Shown: positions 17,850 through 26,014 of the stretch, piece by piece | Layout of the letters: each line of letters opens with the position of its first letter | How positions within the stretch are numbered: the first letter of the stretch is position 1 | DNA from: a virus | Lineage: Duplodnaviria > Caudoviricetes | Direction: 5' to 3' (one strand) | IMG/VR virus record: IMGVR_UViG_3300014158_000359 | Coordinates: 1 to 26,014 of that record | DNA length: 26,014 nt | The notes under the pieces: model-generated | Seen by the model: the letters and a program-made list of their open reading frames with translations, nothing else | Database searches by the model: none | What the model was told of the DNA's origin: nothing | Program-made: the position numbers and the translations under genes

Positions 17850-18493
17850 CAGGTCGTAGCCTGTCTTACAGCCAATCGCCAGCCGAGATCAGTTAGCTCA
17901 GTGGTTGCAACGACACCACCGCGTCCGAGATCATCAGACATCAAATCGGCAGTCTGCAGAACGACGCCGGGGCAAGCGGGCAGCAAGACGGTCCAGTAGG
18001 AGACCGACGTATCACTGGGCAGATTGGCGAGAGGGCGACCTTCTCTAGATGCGACCAGCACACTCGCTGGCCAGTTGGTCATGAGTGGAGTGACATTCGC
18101 TGCCGTAACGCCTCCATACATATTCACCCCAGTGCTTGTTTGCGCTGCGGGGCGAGTAAACGAAATCACCCGGTTGGTCTGTACGCAAAGAACGGGTAGA
18201 ATCTTGTGTTGTGCAGCGATAAACCAGGTGGCGTCGTGCTGCACCAAGTAGTCGCCGGGCCGCGTATATGCGGCGTCGAATATGCCGCACCATAGCGCGT
18301 TGCCATACCCATTCGGCCGGGTAAATTTTCCGTCGAGACCGCTGAATGCGGCATGAAGGCGAAGAAATCTGTTCCGCGTCGCAAGCGGACTTTCCGTTCC
18401 GCGCGGGCGGTATGCGCTAGTAGTCACGCCGGTCGCACGAGCGGCAACGTTTAGGCCCCAGCGGATACGATCTTCGAGCCGAGCTGAATCCAT
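17849..18493 (-). CDS. Putative head-closure/neck protein (214 aa)
   Basis: ATG 18493 lies 1 nt after the upstream stop (ORF track start 18610 overlaps the upstream gene); function inferred from gene order. Confidence 0.6.
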   Translation of the reverse strand: MDSARLEDRIRWGLNVAARATGVTTSAYRPRGTESPLATRNRFLRLHAAFSGLDGKFTRPNGYGNALWCGIFDAAYTRPGDYLVQHDATWFIAAQHKILPVLCVQTNRVISFTRPAAQTSTGVNMYGGVTAANVTPLMTNWPASVLVASREGRPLANLPSDTSVSYWTVLLPACPGVVLQTADLMSDDLGRGGVVATTELTDLGWRLAVRQATT

Positions 18494-18494
18494 T

Positions 18495-18872
18495 TTAGAC
18501 CACCAGTGTAATTCCGCAGTCGGCCAGCGCAGGCCCGGGAGGGACGCCGAGGAACCCACAAAAACGCCGGCACCAGTCGTCAAACAGCCGGATCCGATCG
18601 CGAGGCTCATCGCGGTTTCTCATCCATACCGCGGCAGAATCCGTGTCGAGGTTGTCACCGGAGCGTGGAATCGCGATCTCCAGCACGGTCAATGTTCCCA
18701 GATACCGGAGGACGACGGCCGTTTCCGCGTCAGAAAGGTTGTTAAGGCGGAACTCCAACAGGCCGTAAACCTGATAGAACCGCCAATTCTCAAACCCTGC
18801 TGGTGCAGCGCCGTACGCCGGATAGCCACAAAAGCGGCGGGCGTCGGTCTTCTGCGCGTCCGTCATCGTCAT
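18495..18872 (-). CDS. Putative head-tail connector/adaptor (~125 aa)
   Basis: Small helical protein (MTDAQKTDARRFCGYP..) after the capsid region; TAATG coupling at 18872. Confidence 0.65.
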   Translation of the reverse strand: MTMTDAQKTDARRFCGYPAYGAAPAGFENWRFYQVYGLLEFRLNNLSDAETAVVLRYLGTLTVLEIAIPRSGDNLDTDSAAVWMRNRDEPRDRIRLFDDWCRRFCGFLGVPPGPALADCGITLVV

Positions 18873-19179
18873 TAGCGGTACCACCCTTCGCCACGTATGA
18901 AGAAAACACTGTCATAGCTACTGGTGAGCATATCGGCAACAAAAGTAATCGGTGAGATGAACGACAGTACGGCTTGCGAAGTAGATAGTACCGGCGTGTC
19001 GGGCGATGGGGCGTTGACTGATGTGTTCCTACCGAACCCAACAGACACGGACACGCTGGTAGAACCGGTTACGGCAATCGACTTCCCATGGCAATCAAGC
19101 TGCATTCTTACAGATCTCGCGAGAGCATGCAGCGGGGCAATGCCGCTGGATGGAAATGGCCGATCGTTTGGATCGACAT
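18872..19179 (-). pseudogene. Frameshifted small virion (possible head decoration) gene
   Basis: ATG 19179 (MSIQTIGHFHPA..) stops at 19108. A second frame, open across the region, ends at TAA 18872, coupled to the next ATG. One indel near 19150 would give a ~102-aa beta-rich protein. Confidence 0.55.
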
Positions 19180-19199
19180 CTCTCCACAGCCTTCAGGCA

Positions 19200-20522
19200 T
19201 CAGCCGATATGTTCTACCATCACGGCACGTTTGAAAGCCGCGTTCGTGGCGGTGGGAACAGTGGTGGGATTCGTCGTTGTGTCGGATGGGGCGCAGAATC
19301 CACCCATCCAATACCAGGATTGAGCGATGATCTGTTGCAGCCGGTCGATTGGCTCCCGCGTAACCATAGCTACCCCGTCCACCACCACAACGATCGAATC
19401 CTTGGGGGCGACGTCCTCCGCGGCCATGCCGGCGAAGTCGCCTTCGACCAATGCGCCCTGCCCACAAATGATCGGCCGCCGTACCATAAGCCCCGCTAGA
19501 GTCGGGTGCGGCTGTACGAACGCCTCGGTAGTAGGCATGAATCTCAGACCCAGGAAATCATTTGTCATGCCCTGGCGAAACACTTGGTTGGCTGACGTTG
19601 CCCCCTGAAAAAGTTGCTTGAAATCCGGATCGGCGAATAGCTGCCGTGCGGAGACCGGATCCAAGTAGCAGTTGTACGAGCCATCAATTTCCGGGACCGC
19701 GTTCATGCGCAGCTTCGAGACGGCGTCCAGCAGGCAAGACATCGCTAGGGTATCGGTGGCGACAATTTGCGACGTGTTGCTGCGCTGCGAAGGGCGGACA
19801 ATTACACATGCGTTCGCTGCAGTCACGGTGTTGCCGGCAGTACCGTCGCTGACGGATACGTTGGCGGAGAAGGTCAATACGCCGGACACGCCATTCGGTG
19901 CGGTCGAAACGTTCGTTGCGTCTGCCGCGGCGCCAATCAGCGTATAGGAATCTGCGCCAACCGTGACTGTCAAAGTGTTCGAGCTGGTGACTGACTGCTG
20001 CACCCCGTTAACGAAGGCGGTCTGGAAACCACGAATATCGTCGACGGGCACCGATGGACCGGCGCCGCCAAGCGTGCTGCGTACACGCGTGTTCCCGCCG
20101 AAATACGCGTTGAACAGGGCATTTCGGGCCAATTCGTCCAGGCTGCGCGCGGCCTGTTCGCCATTGACGTAGGCGTTCTGCAGGAATTGCGAGGCAATAC
20201 CGACCCGGGCGGTCACCATGTTGAGGTCGGTTGTTGCTGCGTAGTGGTTGATTGTGATGGTATACTGCTCGACCCCCCATGTAGTCGGCGTCAGACCATT
20301 GTCAAAATTAGTGTTGGTGGCGGGCGCCAGCGGCGTTGTTACTGTCGGCTTCAGGCCAACCCGCGTCTTGGTGAGCGTCTCACCAATTCCTACGGCGAAG
20401 GCTTCCCGATCTGCGCACGCCCGATAGCCGAGACGCGAGCGGAGGGCCTGCTCAAATTCGCGCTCCAGAAAGCCCTGCTGAATGATCGGTTGCAGAGCCG
20501 GCGGAAAATTCTGAATCCCCAT
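19200..20522 (-). CDS. Major capsid protein (440 aa; DUF4043/N4-gp56-like by recollection)
   Basis: Follows portal and scaffold. HK97-fold-like features include GETLTKTR, EQAARSLDELA, Y.CYLDP..QLF.DP and GLRF; AAGGGA RBS. Confidence 0.85.
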   Translation of the reverse strand: MGIQNFPPALQPIIQQGFLEREFEQALRSRLGYRACADREAFAVGIGETLTKTRVGLKPTVTTPLAPATNTNFDNGLTPTTWGVEQYTITINHYAATTDLNMVTARVGIASQFLQNAYVNGEQAARSLDELARNALFNAYFGGNTRVRSTLGGAGPSVPVDDIRGFQTAFVNGVQQSVTSSNTLTVTVGADSYTLIGAAADATNVSTAPNGVSGVLTFSANVSVSDGTAGNTVTAANACVIVRPSQRSNTSQIVATDTLAMSCLLDAVSKLRMNAVPEIDGSYNCYLDPVSARQLFADPDFKQLFQGATSANQVFRQGMTNDFLGLRFMPTTEAFVQPHPTLAGLMVRRPIICGQGALVEGDFAGMAAEDVAPKDSIVVVVDGVAMVTREPIDRLQQIIAQSWYWMGGFCAPSDTTTNPTTVPTATNAAFKRAVMVEHIG

Positions 20523-20564
20523 AGAAGGTCCCTTTATTTATTAAGGAGAAATGGTGCTGCTATC

Positions 20565-20975
20565 TTAATAGCGCTGCTTCAGTAGCGCTGCACGGGCCGC
20601 TGCGTACTCCGCGCTTGTCATTTCAGTCGCATGCTTTTGGCGCGGTGGCTGTGCCAGAGGCGCACTCAATGGGCTGGACGACGACGGCATTCCAAATAGC
20701 CAAGGTTTGGCTTTTTTGAAGCGCCCCATCAATTCCGAGGCGTCGTCAATTTCGCCATTCTCATTAAGCTTTATCCCAGACAAGTCCAGCAGCTTCAAGC
20801 CATCTAGATCTATCATTCCTGCGCGTACGGCCTCAGCCTTCATTTCGGCGCGGACTAGGCGCGTATCTGACTGCTGCTGAAAGTCATTCAACTTCTTTTC
20901 AAGAAGCTCCGCGCGGGCACGTAGATCGTCGACGGGGTTATCAGCGGGTTCAACCTGAGGTACGATTTCGGTCAT
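20565..20975 (-). CDS. Capsid scaffolding protein (136 aa)
   Basis: Coiled-coil N-half, KKAKPWLF and C-terminal MTSAEYAAAR; between portal and capsid; TGATG coupling. Confidence 0.78.
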   Translation of the reverse strand: MTEIVPQVEPADNPVDDLRARAELLEKKLNDFQQQSDTRLVRAEMKAEAVRAGMIDLDGLKLLDLSGIKLNENGEIDDASELMGRFKKAKPWLFGMPSSSSPLSAPLAQPPRQKHATEMTSAEYAAARAALLKQRY

Positions 20976-22390
20976 CAGTTTATCCTGGTGCTGTGGTCCG
21001 CTGAAATACCGGTCAGCTCGCCAGGCACATCCTCGATGTCGAATGTGTCAGCGATGGCCTTGACCGCAGTCTCTCGGCTCATCAGGCCGGCGGTCACAAG
21101 GGTTGTCAGGGTCTGTGCATCTTTCTGGCGGTCATCAGCTGTCGGGGGATACCAGCGCGGCCACTTGATGGACAGGCGGGCGGATACATCGAGTGCTGGT
21201 ATTTCCTTTTCCATCGCTCGCAGCGGGTAGACATGTGACGCGCGCACAACCATCCGTGCAAGGCTAAGTAGCGCAGTCTCCCCGTAACTGACGCGCAGGT
21301 TGTCTGCGAGCCATAACAAACCCTGGTTCATCAGTTCTAGGGCCCGTCCGGATTGCGCCGCCGTCAGACGGTCGGCATTCGCTCGATTTCCGTGTACGCT
21401 TTCCAATGCAAGCTCTCGCAATGTTCGTACGTACTCCATGACCGCCGCGGACGCCGTACCGCCTATTTCCAGTAACCTGGCATCGCCCCTTTCGCTGACT
21501 ACAAGTGCATTGCCGGCGCCCTTAACTATCTGGGCATCGCTGGTAGCCGGCTCTTTGATCAATAGCGTAGGGTCACTGCTGTATTTCAGTCCGCGACCCG
21601 CTTGACTGAGTTGGTAGTCGATCTCAATTTGCGTCTCAATGGCCGATCTGAAAGTGCAGGCGCCATCGTTGGGATCGTCGGTTGCTGATCTGCCCGGTAA
21701 GTTCCTGACCCACACTATCGGAACGAAACCCAAGCCGTGTTTGACGCTTCGTTCTAGATCTATGTCCGGTACGCCTGTATGGCCGACAGCGACCGGAGTG
21801 AACCATGTTTCACATTCAATATCCCATTGGCGCTCAAACCAGTAGTCTATTCCGAGGTCGGCAATCTGATAGCCATTTTCGGCAAGTCTCGTGCCGGAAA
21901 CCTTATATCGCTCGGTGATTTTGCACAGGGAGTCCGGTGCTTCGGGATCCCAGAGTGGCGCAAGATAGGTGGTATCTAGTACCTGGAAGAATACGCGCCC
22001 ACGAAGGATTCGCATGAGAATTGCGACGGAGCCGACCGAGCCGAAAATCGCCGCCTCTGTCATAACTTGATTGAGCCGCGCCTCCTTGGCAATGTCCGAG
22101 AGAACCGATTGGACAGTCGTGTCTGCGCAGTCGATTGTTGGAAAATGGCCCTCGCTAAAGAGGAGAGAGACGCTGTCCTCGACGACAACTCGGGACAGGC
22201 CGTAACGCACGCTCGGTCGACGGCTGCGTAGGGGGATATAGTCACCACCGAGGCTGCGCTCCTCGTGAAATTGATACGGCAGCACGTCGTAAAGTGTTCC
22301 ATCAAGAACCCTGCGTAGGATGTCGAGCATCCGCGTCCGTGGCGAATAATCGGGGTCCCGAGGGATCAAATTGCAAATCGTGTCAAACAT
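20975..22390 (-). CDS. Portal protein (SPP1 gp6-like, 471 aa)
   Basis: HGLGFVPIVWVRN, SGRALEL and GLMSRETAV motifs; directly after the terminase. Confidence 0.88.
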   Translation of the reverse strand: MFDTICNLIPRDPDYSPRTRMLDILRRVLDGTLYDVLPYQFHEERSLGGDYIPLRSRRPSVRYGLSRVVVEDSVSLLFSEGHFPTIDCADTTVQSVLSDIAKEARLNQVMTEAAIFGSVGSVAILMRILRGRVFFQVLDTTYLAPLWDPEAPDSLCKITERYKVSGTRLAENGYQIADLGIDYWFERQWDIECETWFTPVAVGHTGVPDIDLERSVKHGLGFVPIVWVRNLPGRSATDDPNDGACTFRSAIETQIEIDYQLSQAGRGLKYSSDPTLLIKEPATSDAQIVKGAGNALVVSERGDARLLEIGGTASAAVMEYVRTLRELALESVHGNRANADRLTAAQSGRALELMNQGLLWLADNLRVSYGETALLSLARMVVRASHVYPLRAMEKEIPALDVSARLSIKWPRWYPPTADDRQKDAQTLTTLVTAGLMSRETAVKAIADTFDIEDVPGELTGISADHSTRIN

Positions 22391-22437
22391 CGAGGCTTGT
22401 TGTCCAACGTTGGGCGGCTGGGCGCACTCTTGCTGAA

Positions 22438-23865
22438 TTAGCGAGCCATGTGGGGAACCGTAAGCGTTCGCGATGGGGGGACGATGTCCAGCAGCATGGT
22501 GAAGGCGCGCGACAACGCGTCGACTTGGTCGTCTTTGCGGCCAAATGGGAAGTCGCGCAGCTCTTCAATGAATGCGTGGTTCCAGTTGGCCCGGAAAAGC
22601 GAAACGTTACCGCCTTCGATCTGAGAGGCGACCGGCGCCGCCCGTGTCGCTTTAGCGCCGGTTTCTCGCGACGGAACCACGTGATAGCCGGCGAGTTGGC
22701 TGGTAAGATAGGTGGTCTGGCTCTTGCCCGCTTGGCCAGGATCCACGGGAAGGCCGATGGTCACGCCGCGACCGTCGGCCCGAGCGGCCGTGACGATACT
22801 GTCTTCCACCTCACGCGGACTTCCACGCAGCCGCATAACATCCAGCACCGTGTATCGTCCCGAGTCGTGCCGAGTTAGTTTCACCCCTACAGTCCAATCG
22901 GGATCGTTACGGCCTGTCGTTGCGGTCGCCGCGAGATCCCATGCCCGCACGACCGGTGCAGGGGGACCGGGCGGTAGCCAGTCGATGAATTCCAGGCATC
23001 CGACTTTGAATAGTGTCCCCGCCTCCGGTCGTGGCGATTGCTGATATTGTGCCAACCATGCGCGTTGGCCGACAGAAGTGCGGCGACGCAACAGCCCTGG
23101 GATGTCCTCCCACTCCGGCCAAATGGGTTCGCCAAGCGGGCGGTTAAGCTGATCCCCCTCCTCCGCTAACGCTGGCAACGTCAAGCAACGCCACTCTTCC
23201 GCGTCGTGTTCGAGTAGACGGCCACAGAGGTCATCCTGATGCCAACGCGTCATGATCAGGATGATCCGTGCCTTTGGCTTCAGCCGCGGAATGAGATCAG
23301 ATCGATACCAGTCCCAAAGTCGATCCCGATGGATAAGGCTGTCCGCCTCGGCTTGTGATTTGACGGGATCGTCGATTATCGCCAGGTCGGCCCGGCGTCC
23401 AATCAGTGCACCGCGAATGCCGATCGCGTAATATTCTCCACCCAGCGATGTAGACCAGTGCGAGTTGGCGCGATCGCGGACCGAAATGTTATAACCCAAC
23501 GAGGGGGCCTCCTCGTCTATGATTGACCGGGCCCGGCGTCCGAAATATGTTGCGAGGCCCGCTGTGTGCGAAGCCGCTATGATTGAGTCTCGCGGATGCC
23601 GTGTGAACCACCAGGCGGGGAACAGGATCGACGTGTAGGTCGATTTGGCCGATCCCGGCGGCATTTGGACCATTAGCCGGTCGGTATCACCGCGACTCAG
23701 CGCCTCCAACTCGTTCATCAGCAGGCGATGGTGCTTTGCAGGTATCTGGCCGTAGCCGCAGATGGTTGTCTCAACCCATTCTAGCAGGTTGCAGTTTGTT
23801 AGGTACCTGGGGGCTACCACCTCGCCACCGTCAAACGGATATTTGGGTCTTTGGCGTTGCGCCAA
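22438..23865 (-). CDS. terL: Terminase large subunit (up to 475 aa)
   Basis: Walker A MPPGSAKST, Walker B IIDDP, coupling motif MTRWH.DDL, nuclease motifs RAWDLA and DDQVDA. Exact start uncertain. Confidence 0.95.
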   Translation of the reverse strand: MAQRQRPKYPFDGGEVVAPRYLTNCNLLEWVETTICGYGQIPAKHHRLLMNELEALSRGDTDRLMVQMPPGSAKSTYTSILFPAWWFTRHPRDSIIAASHTAGLATYFGRRARSIIDEEAPSLGYNISVRDRANSHWSTSLGGEYYAIGIRGALIGRRADLAIIDDPVKSQAEADSLIHRDRLWDWYRSDLIPRLKPKARIILIMTRWHQDDLCGRLLEHDAEEWRCLTLPALAEEGDQLNRPLGEPIWPEWEDIPGLLRRRTSVGQRAWLAQYQQSPRPEAGTLFKVGCLEFIDWLPPGPPAPVVRAWDLAATATTGRNDPDWTVGVKLTRHDSGRYTVLDVMRLRGSPREVEDSIVTAARADGRGVTIGLPVDPGQAGKSQTTYLTSQLAGYHVVPSRETGAKATRAAPVASQIEGGNVSLFRANWNHAFIEELRDFPFGRKDDQVDALSRAFTMLLDIVPPSRTLTVPHMAR

Positions 23866-24103
23866 ATACGATTTTCTTCGCGTCGGACCGCGTCAGTTCC
23901 ATCACTCATGATTGCGCAGAAATAGCGGTGAGGCGAGATGGGAAGGATGAGTCGGCCGGCAGCCGAATGCCGGTGGACTGACCCCGGGCCCGTTATTTTC
24001 GTGCGATCGGGAGTGCTAACCGGCGGCGCTGGCAACGCGTAGCGATAGCGGACTGGAGAGGGGCGGACTGGCGCTGCGGCTCGTCCTCGCCATCATACGC
24101 AAA

Positions 24104-24133
24104 CTTATACAGGAGATTGGGGTGTTTGGTCAA
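24104..24133 (-). promoter_or_regulatory. Putative sigma70-type promoter of the virion operon
   Basis: TTGACC (24133-24128), 18-nt spacer, TATAAG (24109-24104), preceded by an A6 tract. Confidence 0.55.
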
Positions 24134-24571
24134 GTCTTTTTTCCTAGCGGCTGCGGTTTGCGCTTGGGTGGGGTCGCTAGCGTCGCGTGCCTGCTGTTAT
24201 TGACGACCTGTACCGGAGACCCGGGGGAGCAACTGCAATCCGGTCAGGTATTGGCTTGGGGTGGATCGGACGGGCGCTGGGTCGGGCCGGTCACGCCGGT
24301 TGACATGAATTGCGGACAGCAGACCACCGGGCTGATGTCGATTGGCAGTAGTACGTTTGGCTTCGACCCGTTCCAGAGCGCAGAGGTGCTGCAGGGCAAT
24401 ATCGGCCCCTCAGGGAATCTCAGGGGAGAGGTGGTTCGCTCTGTTCCCGGAAACAGGTCTATCGGGATGAGTTTTCTGGGCCGGGTGCAGCACTCGGAGG
24501 GTGTCGAAAGCATCGTCGGGACGCTGACGTCGGGCCGGTGCCACTGGTCTGTCACCCTGCGTCGCGGCTAG
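24122..24571 (+). CDS. Hypothetical exported protein / possible lipoprotein (true start probably downstream)
   Basis: Hydrophobic stretch ending LLLLTTC followed by a beta-rich domain with two Cys (NCG, GRCHW). Confidence 0.6.
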   Translation: MFGQVFFPSGCGLRLGGVASVACLLLLTTCTGDPGEQLQSGQVLAWGGSDGRWVGPVTPVDMNCGQQTTGLMSIGSSTFGFDPFQSAEVLQGNIGPSGNLRGEVVRSVPGNRSIGMSFLGRVQHSEGVESIVGTLTSGRCHWSVTLRRG

Positions 24572-24744
24572 CCGCTGGCGCGCCTTGGCCATTCACGGAC
24601 TTTCACGGTTTTTTCCCGGAAACTGACGGCGTAATGACCGTTGACGAACTTTAACAAGCGACGCTTTGGTTGCACACTCGGGGATGTCGCCAACAGGGTT
24701 AGAGAAGCTCCGCGAAGGCGCAAGAATGCAGGATTCTGGAGGTA

Positions 24745-25221
24745 ATGATGACCTATATGCAGCGTTTGATCGAGATCGGGTCCGCCGACAGCGTTCGCGA
24801 CATAGAGCCGCTCCAGCGGCACCCGCTACTGCTGATAGTCGAGGATGGAGATGCGATCGCCGCCGCGCTGCAGCCAATATGCGACTTTCTGGATATCGCC
24901 CTTGAGAGTCTTCCCAGTCAGCATGACCTGGCCGCTGCGCTGCGAGACTACCGTCCGATGGGCGTCGTCGCCCACCTCGATTGTCAGGGCCAAGACGGGT
25001 GCCACGTCATGATGACTGTCGCGCAGCACGACCGCGGCCTGCCGATTATGCTGCTCACCGGCGACGATCCGGCGCTGGCCGGCGCTGCAGATGCCGTTGA
25101 GGAACTGTGGAAACTTGAGGCGGTGGTAAAGTCCCCTCGGTTGCCAAGCATAGGTGCCATCGTTGATTTTATTTTTCGCGCGGGCCGCAAGGGACGGTGT
25201 ACCCGGCTAGTGCCGGTGTAG
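24745..25221 (+). CDS. Single-domain atypical response-regulator receiver protein (158 aa)
   Basis: LLIVED, QDG, PIMLLTG and VVKSP receiver motifs; GGAGG RBS at 24738-24742. Confidence 0.8.
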   Translation: MMTYMQRLIEIGSADSVRDIEPLQRHPLLLIVEDGDAIAAALQPICDFLDIALESLPSQHDLAAALRDYRPMGVVAHLDCQGQDGCHVMMTVAQHDRGLPIMLLTGDDPALAGAADAVEELWKLEAVVKSPRLPSIGAIVDFIFRAGRKGRCTRLVPV

Positions 25222-25234
25222 CTCTCACGTCGCG

Positions 25235-26014
25235 TCAGTCGGCGCGGGCGGTGGCCGGACAGGTTGTTTGTCGCCGCTTGCGGGCGGCGACCGCATACCC
25301 TCCAAAGGCCCGATTCGGATCCTCGTTCGGGACGACGATGGTCGAGCGGTAGTCTGCCCAGTCGGTATCGTGCAATTCGCGCATGTCGCCCAGGAACTCC
25401 ATGGACGACAAGATGTCGTCAGAATATGCGATTTGTTGCACCGGCTGGAGATGCAGGAATGGAAAGTCGGCGCGCAGTCTTACTGGTACATTGGTGCGCG
25501 TGAAACGCAAGTTGGTGAACAACGGACCAAACCATCGATCTGTCGCGACAATGCCTTCGTACAGGCTAAAGCCGCCCGATGCTGGAAGATTGGCGGGAGC
25601 CCGAAGGAGCAGATGCCAGCCTGGAGCGGTTCGGGCCATGAGCCCAGTCCAAATCTGCAGTGAGCCGGCCTCCGGCAATGCTGTCAGAAACGGCGGTGCA
25701 CAATCATGTAATGCTGGTGGGACAGCGGCGTTAAACAGCGACGTGAAACCCGGGAAGTGAGCTGATGGCATCAATGGAAGCCAATCAGAAGCCCCGTCGT
25801 GCTGCCAAAAGATGTCCGCTCCATCCCACAGCAGCACCAGATCAGTCGGTGGGAAGGCCCACCATCCAAAGGCGGTGGCGCTAGCAACAGCCTCGCAATA
25901 ACGATACGCGCGGGTAGGCAACGTTCCAGCGGCCGAGCGATCGGCCCGTTGGGGCGGTCGGGCCTGGCCGATCAAACGATAGAACCGTACGATGGCTTCG
26001 ACAGATTGGGGCAT
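25235..26014 (-). CDS. DUF6065-like conserved protein (start may lie outside the window)
   Basis: RAYRYC..A.AFGW, LLRAPAN, YEGIV.TD.W..PLFTNLRFT motifs, recognised from memory as DUF6065. Confidence 0.7.
   Translation of the reverse strand: MPQSVEAIVRFYRLIGQARPPQRADRSAAGTLPTRAYRYCEAVASATAFGWWAFPPTDLVLLWDGADIFWQHDGASDWLPLMPSAHFPGFTSLFNAAVPPALHDCAPPFLTALPEAGSLQIWTGLMARTAPGWHLLLRAPANLPASGGFSLYEGIVATDRWFGPLFTNLRFTRTNVPVRLRADFPFLHLQPVQQIAYSDDILSSMEFLGDMRELHDTDWADYRSTIVVPNEDPNRAFGGYAVAARKRRQTTCPATARAD

Noticed and set aside
20523-20564. Hairpin sequestering the capsid RBS (TCCTT/AAGGG with AT-rich loop)
   Set aside because: Only 4-5 bp; more simply an AT-rich translation enhancer.
1569-23865. Intact inducible prophage
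   Set aside because: No integrase, att repeats, repressor, replication or lysis genes in the window, and host-type genes abut terL. A remnant remains possible.
23950-23979. Intrinsic terminator in the terL leader
   Set aside because: A hairpin is present but no U-tract follows on the minus strand.
889-23981. Numerous plus-strand and alternate-frame ORFs (e.g. 889-1698, 14345-14887, 18924-19499, 22294-22878)
   Set aside because: They are shadows of well-supported minus-strand genes in GC-rich DNA, with no recognisable motifs.
24640-24655. Full CtrA box TTAA-N7-TTAA
   Set aside because: Only one good half-site; spacing and mismatches do not fit.

Overview
About 22.5 kb of the window (1569-23865, all minus strand) is one tightly packed phage-type morphogenesis operon. 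In order it encodes: large terminase, SPP1-like portal, scaffold, major capsid, neck proteins, contractile sheath, tube, a tail chaperone with a -1 frameshift site, an atypical short tape-measure-position gene, a Mu/P2-like baseplate, and three fibre/adhesin genes. I see no integrase, repressor, replication gene, small terminase or lysis gene. Upstream, a sigma70-like promoter sits directly against ordinary-looking host genes (exported protein, atypical receiver protein, DUF6065-like protein). Downstream, the operon ends at an IS5-family element and an IS66 remnant. The best hypothesis is a domesticated gene-transfer-agent (GTA)-like head plus contractile-tail system, probably alphaproteobacterial (Acetobacteraceae-like from my recollection of similar proteins; not verified). 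A decaying prophage remnant cannot be excluded, because two genes carry apparent lesions. Family assignments come from motif recognition and gene order, not database searches.
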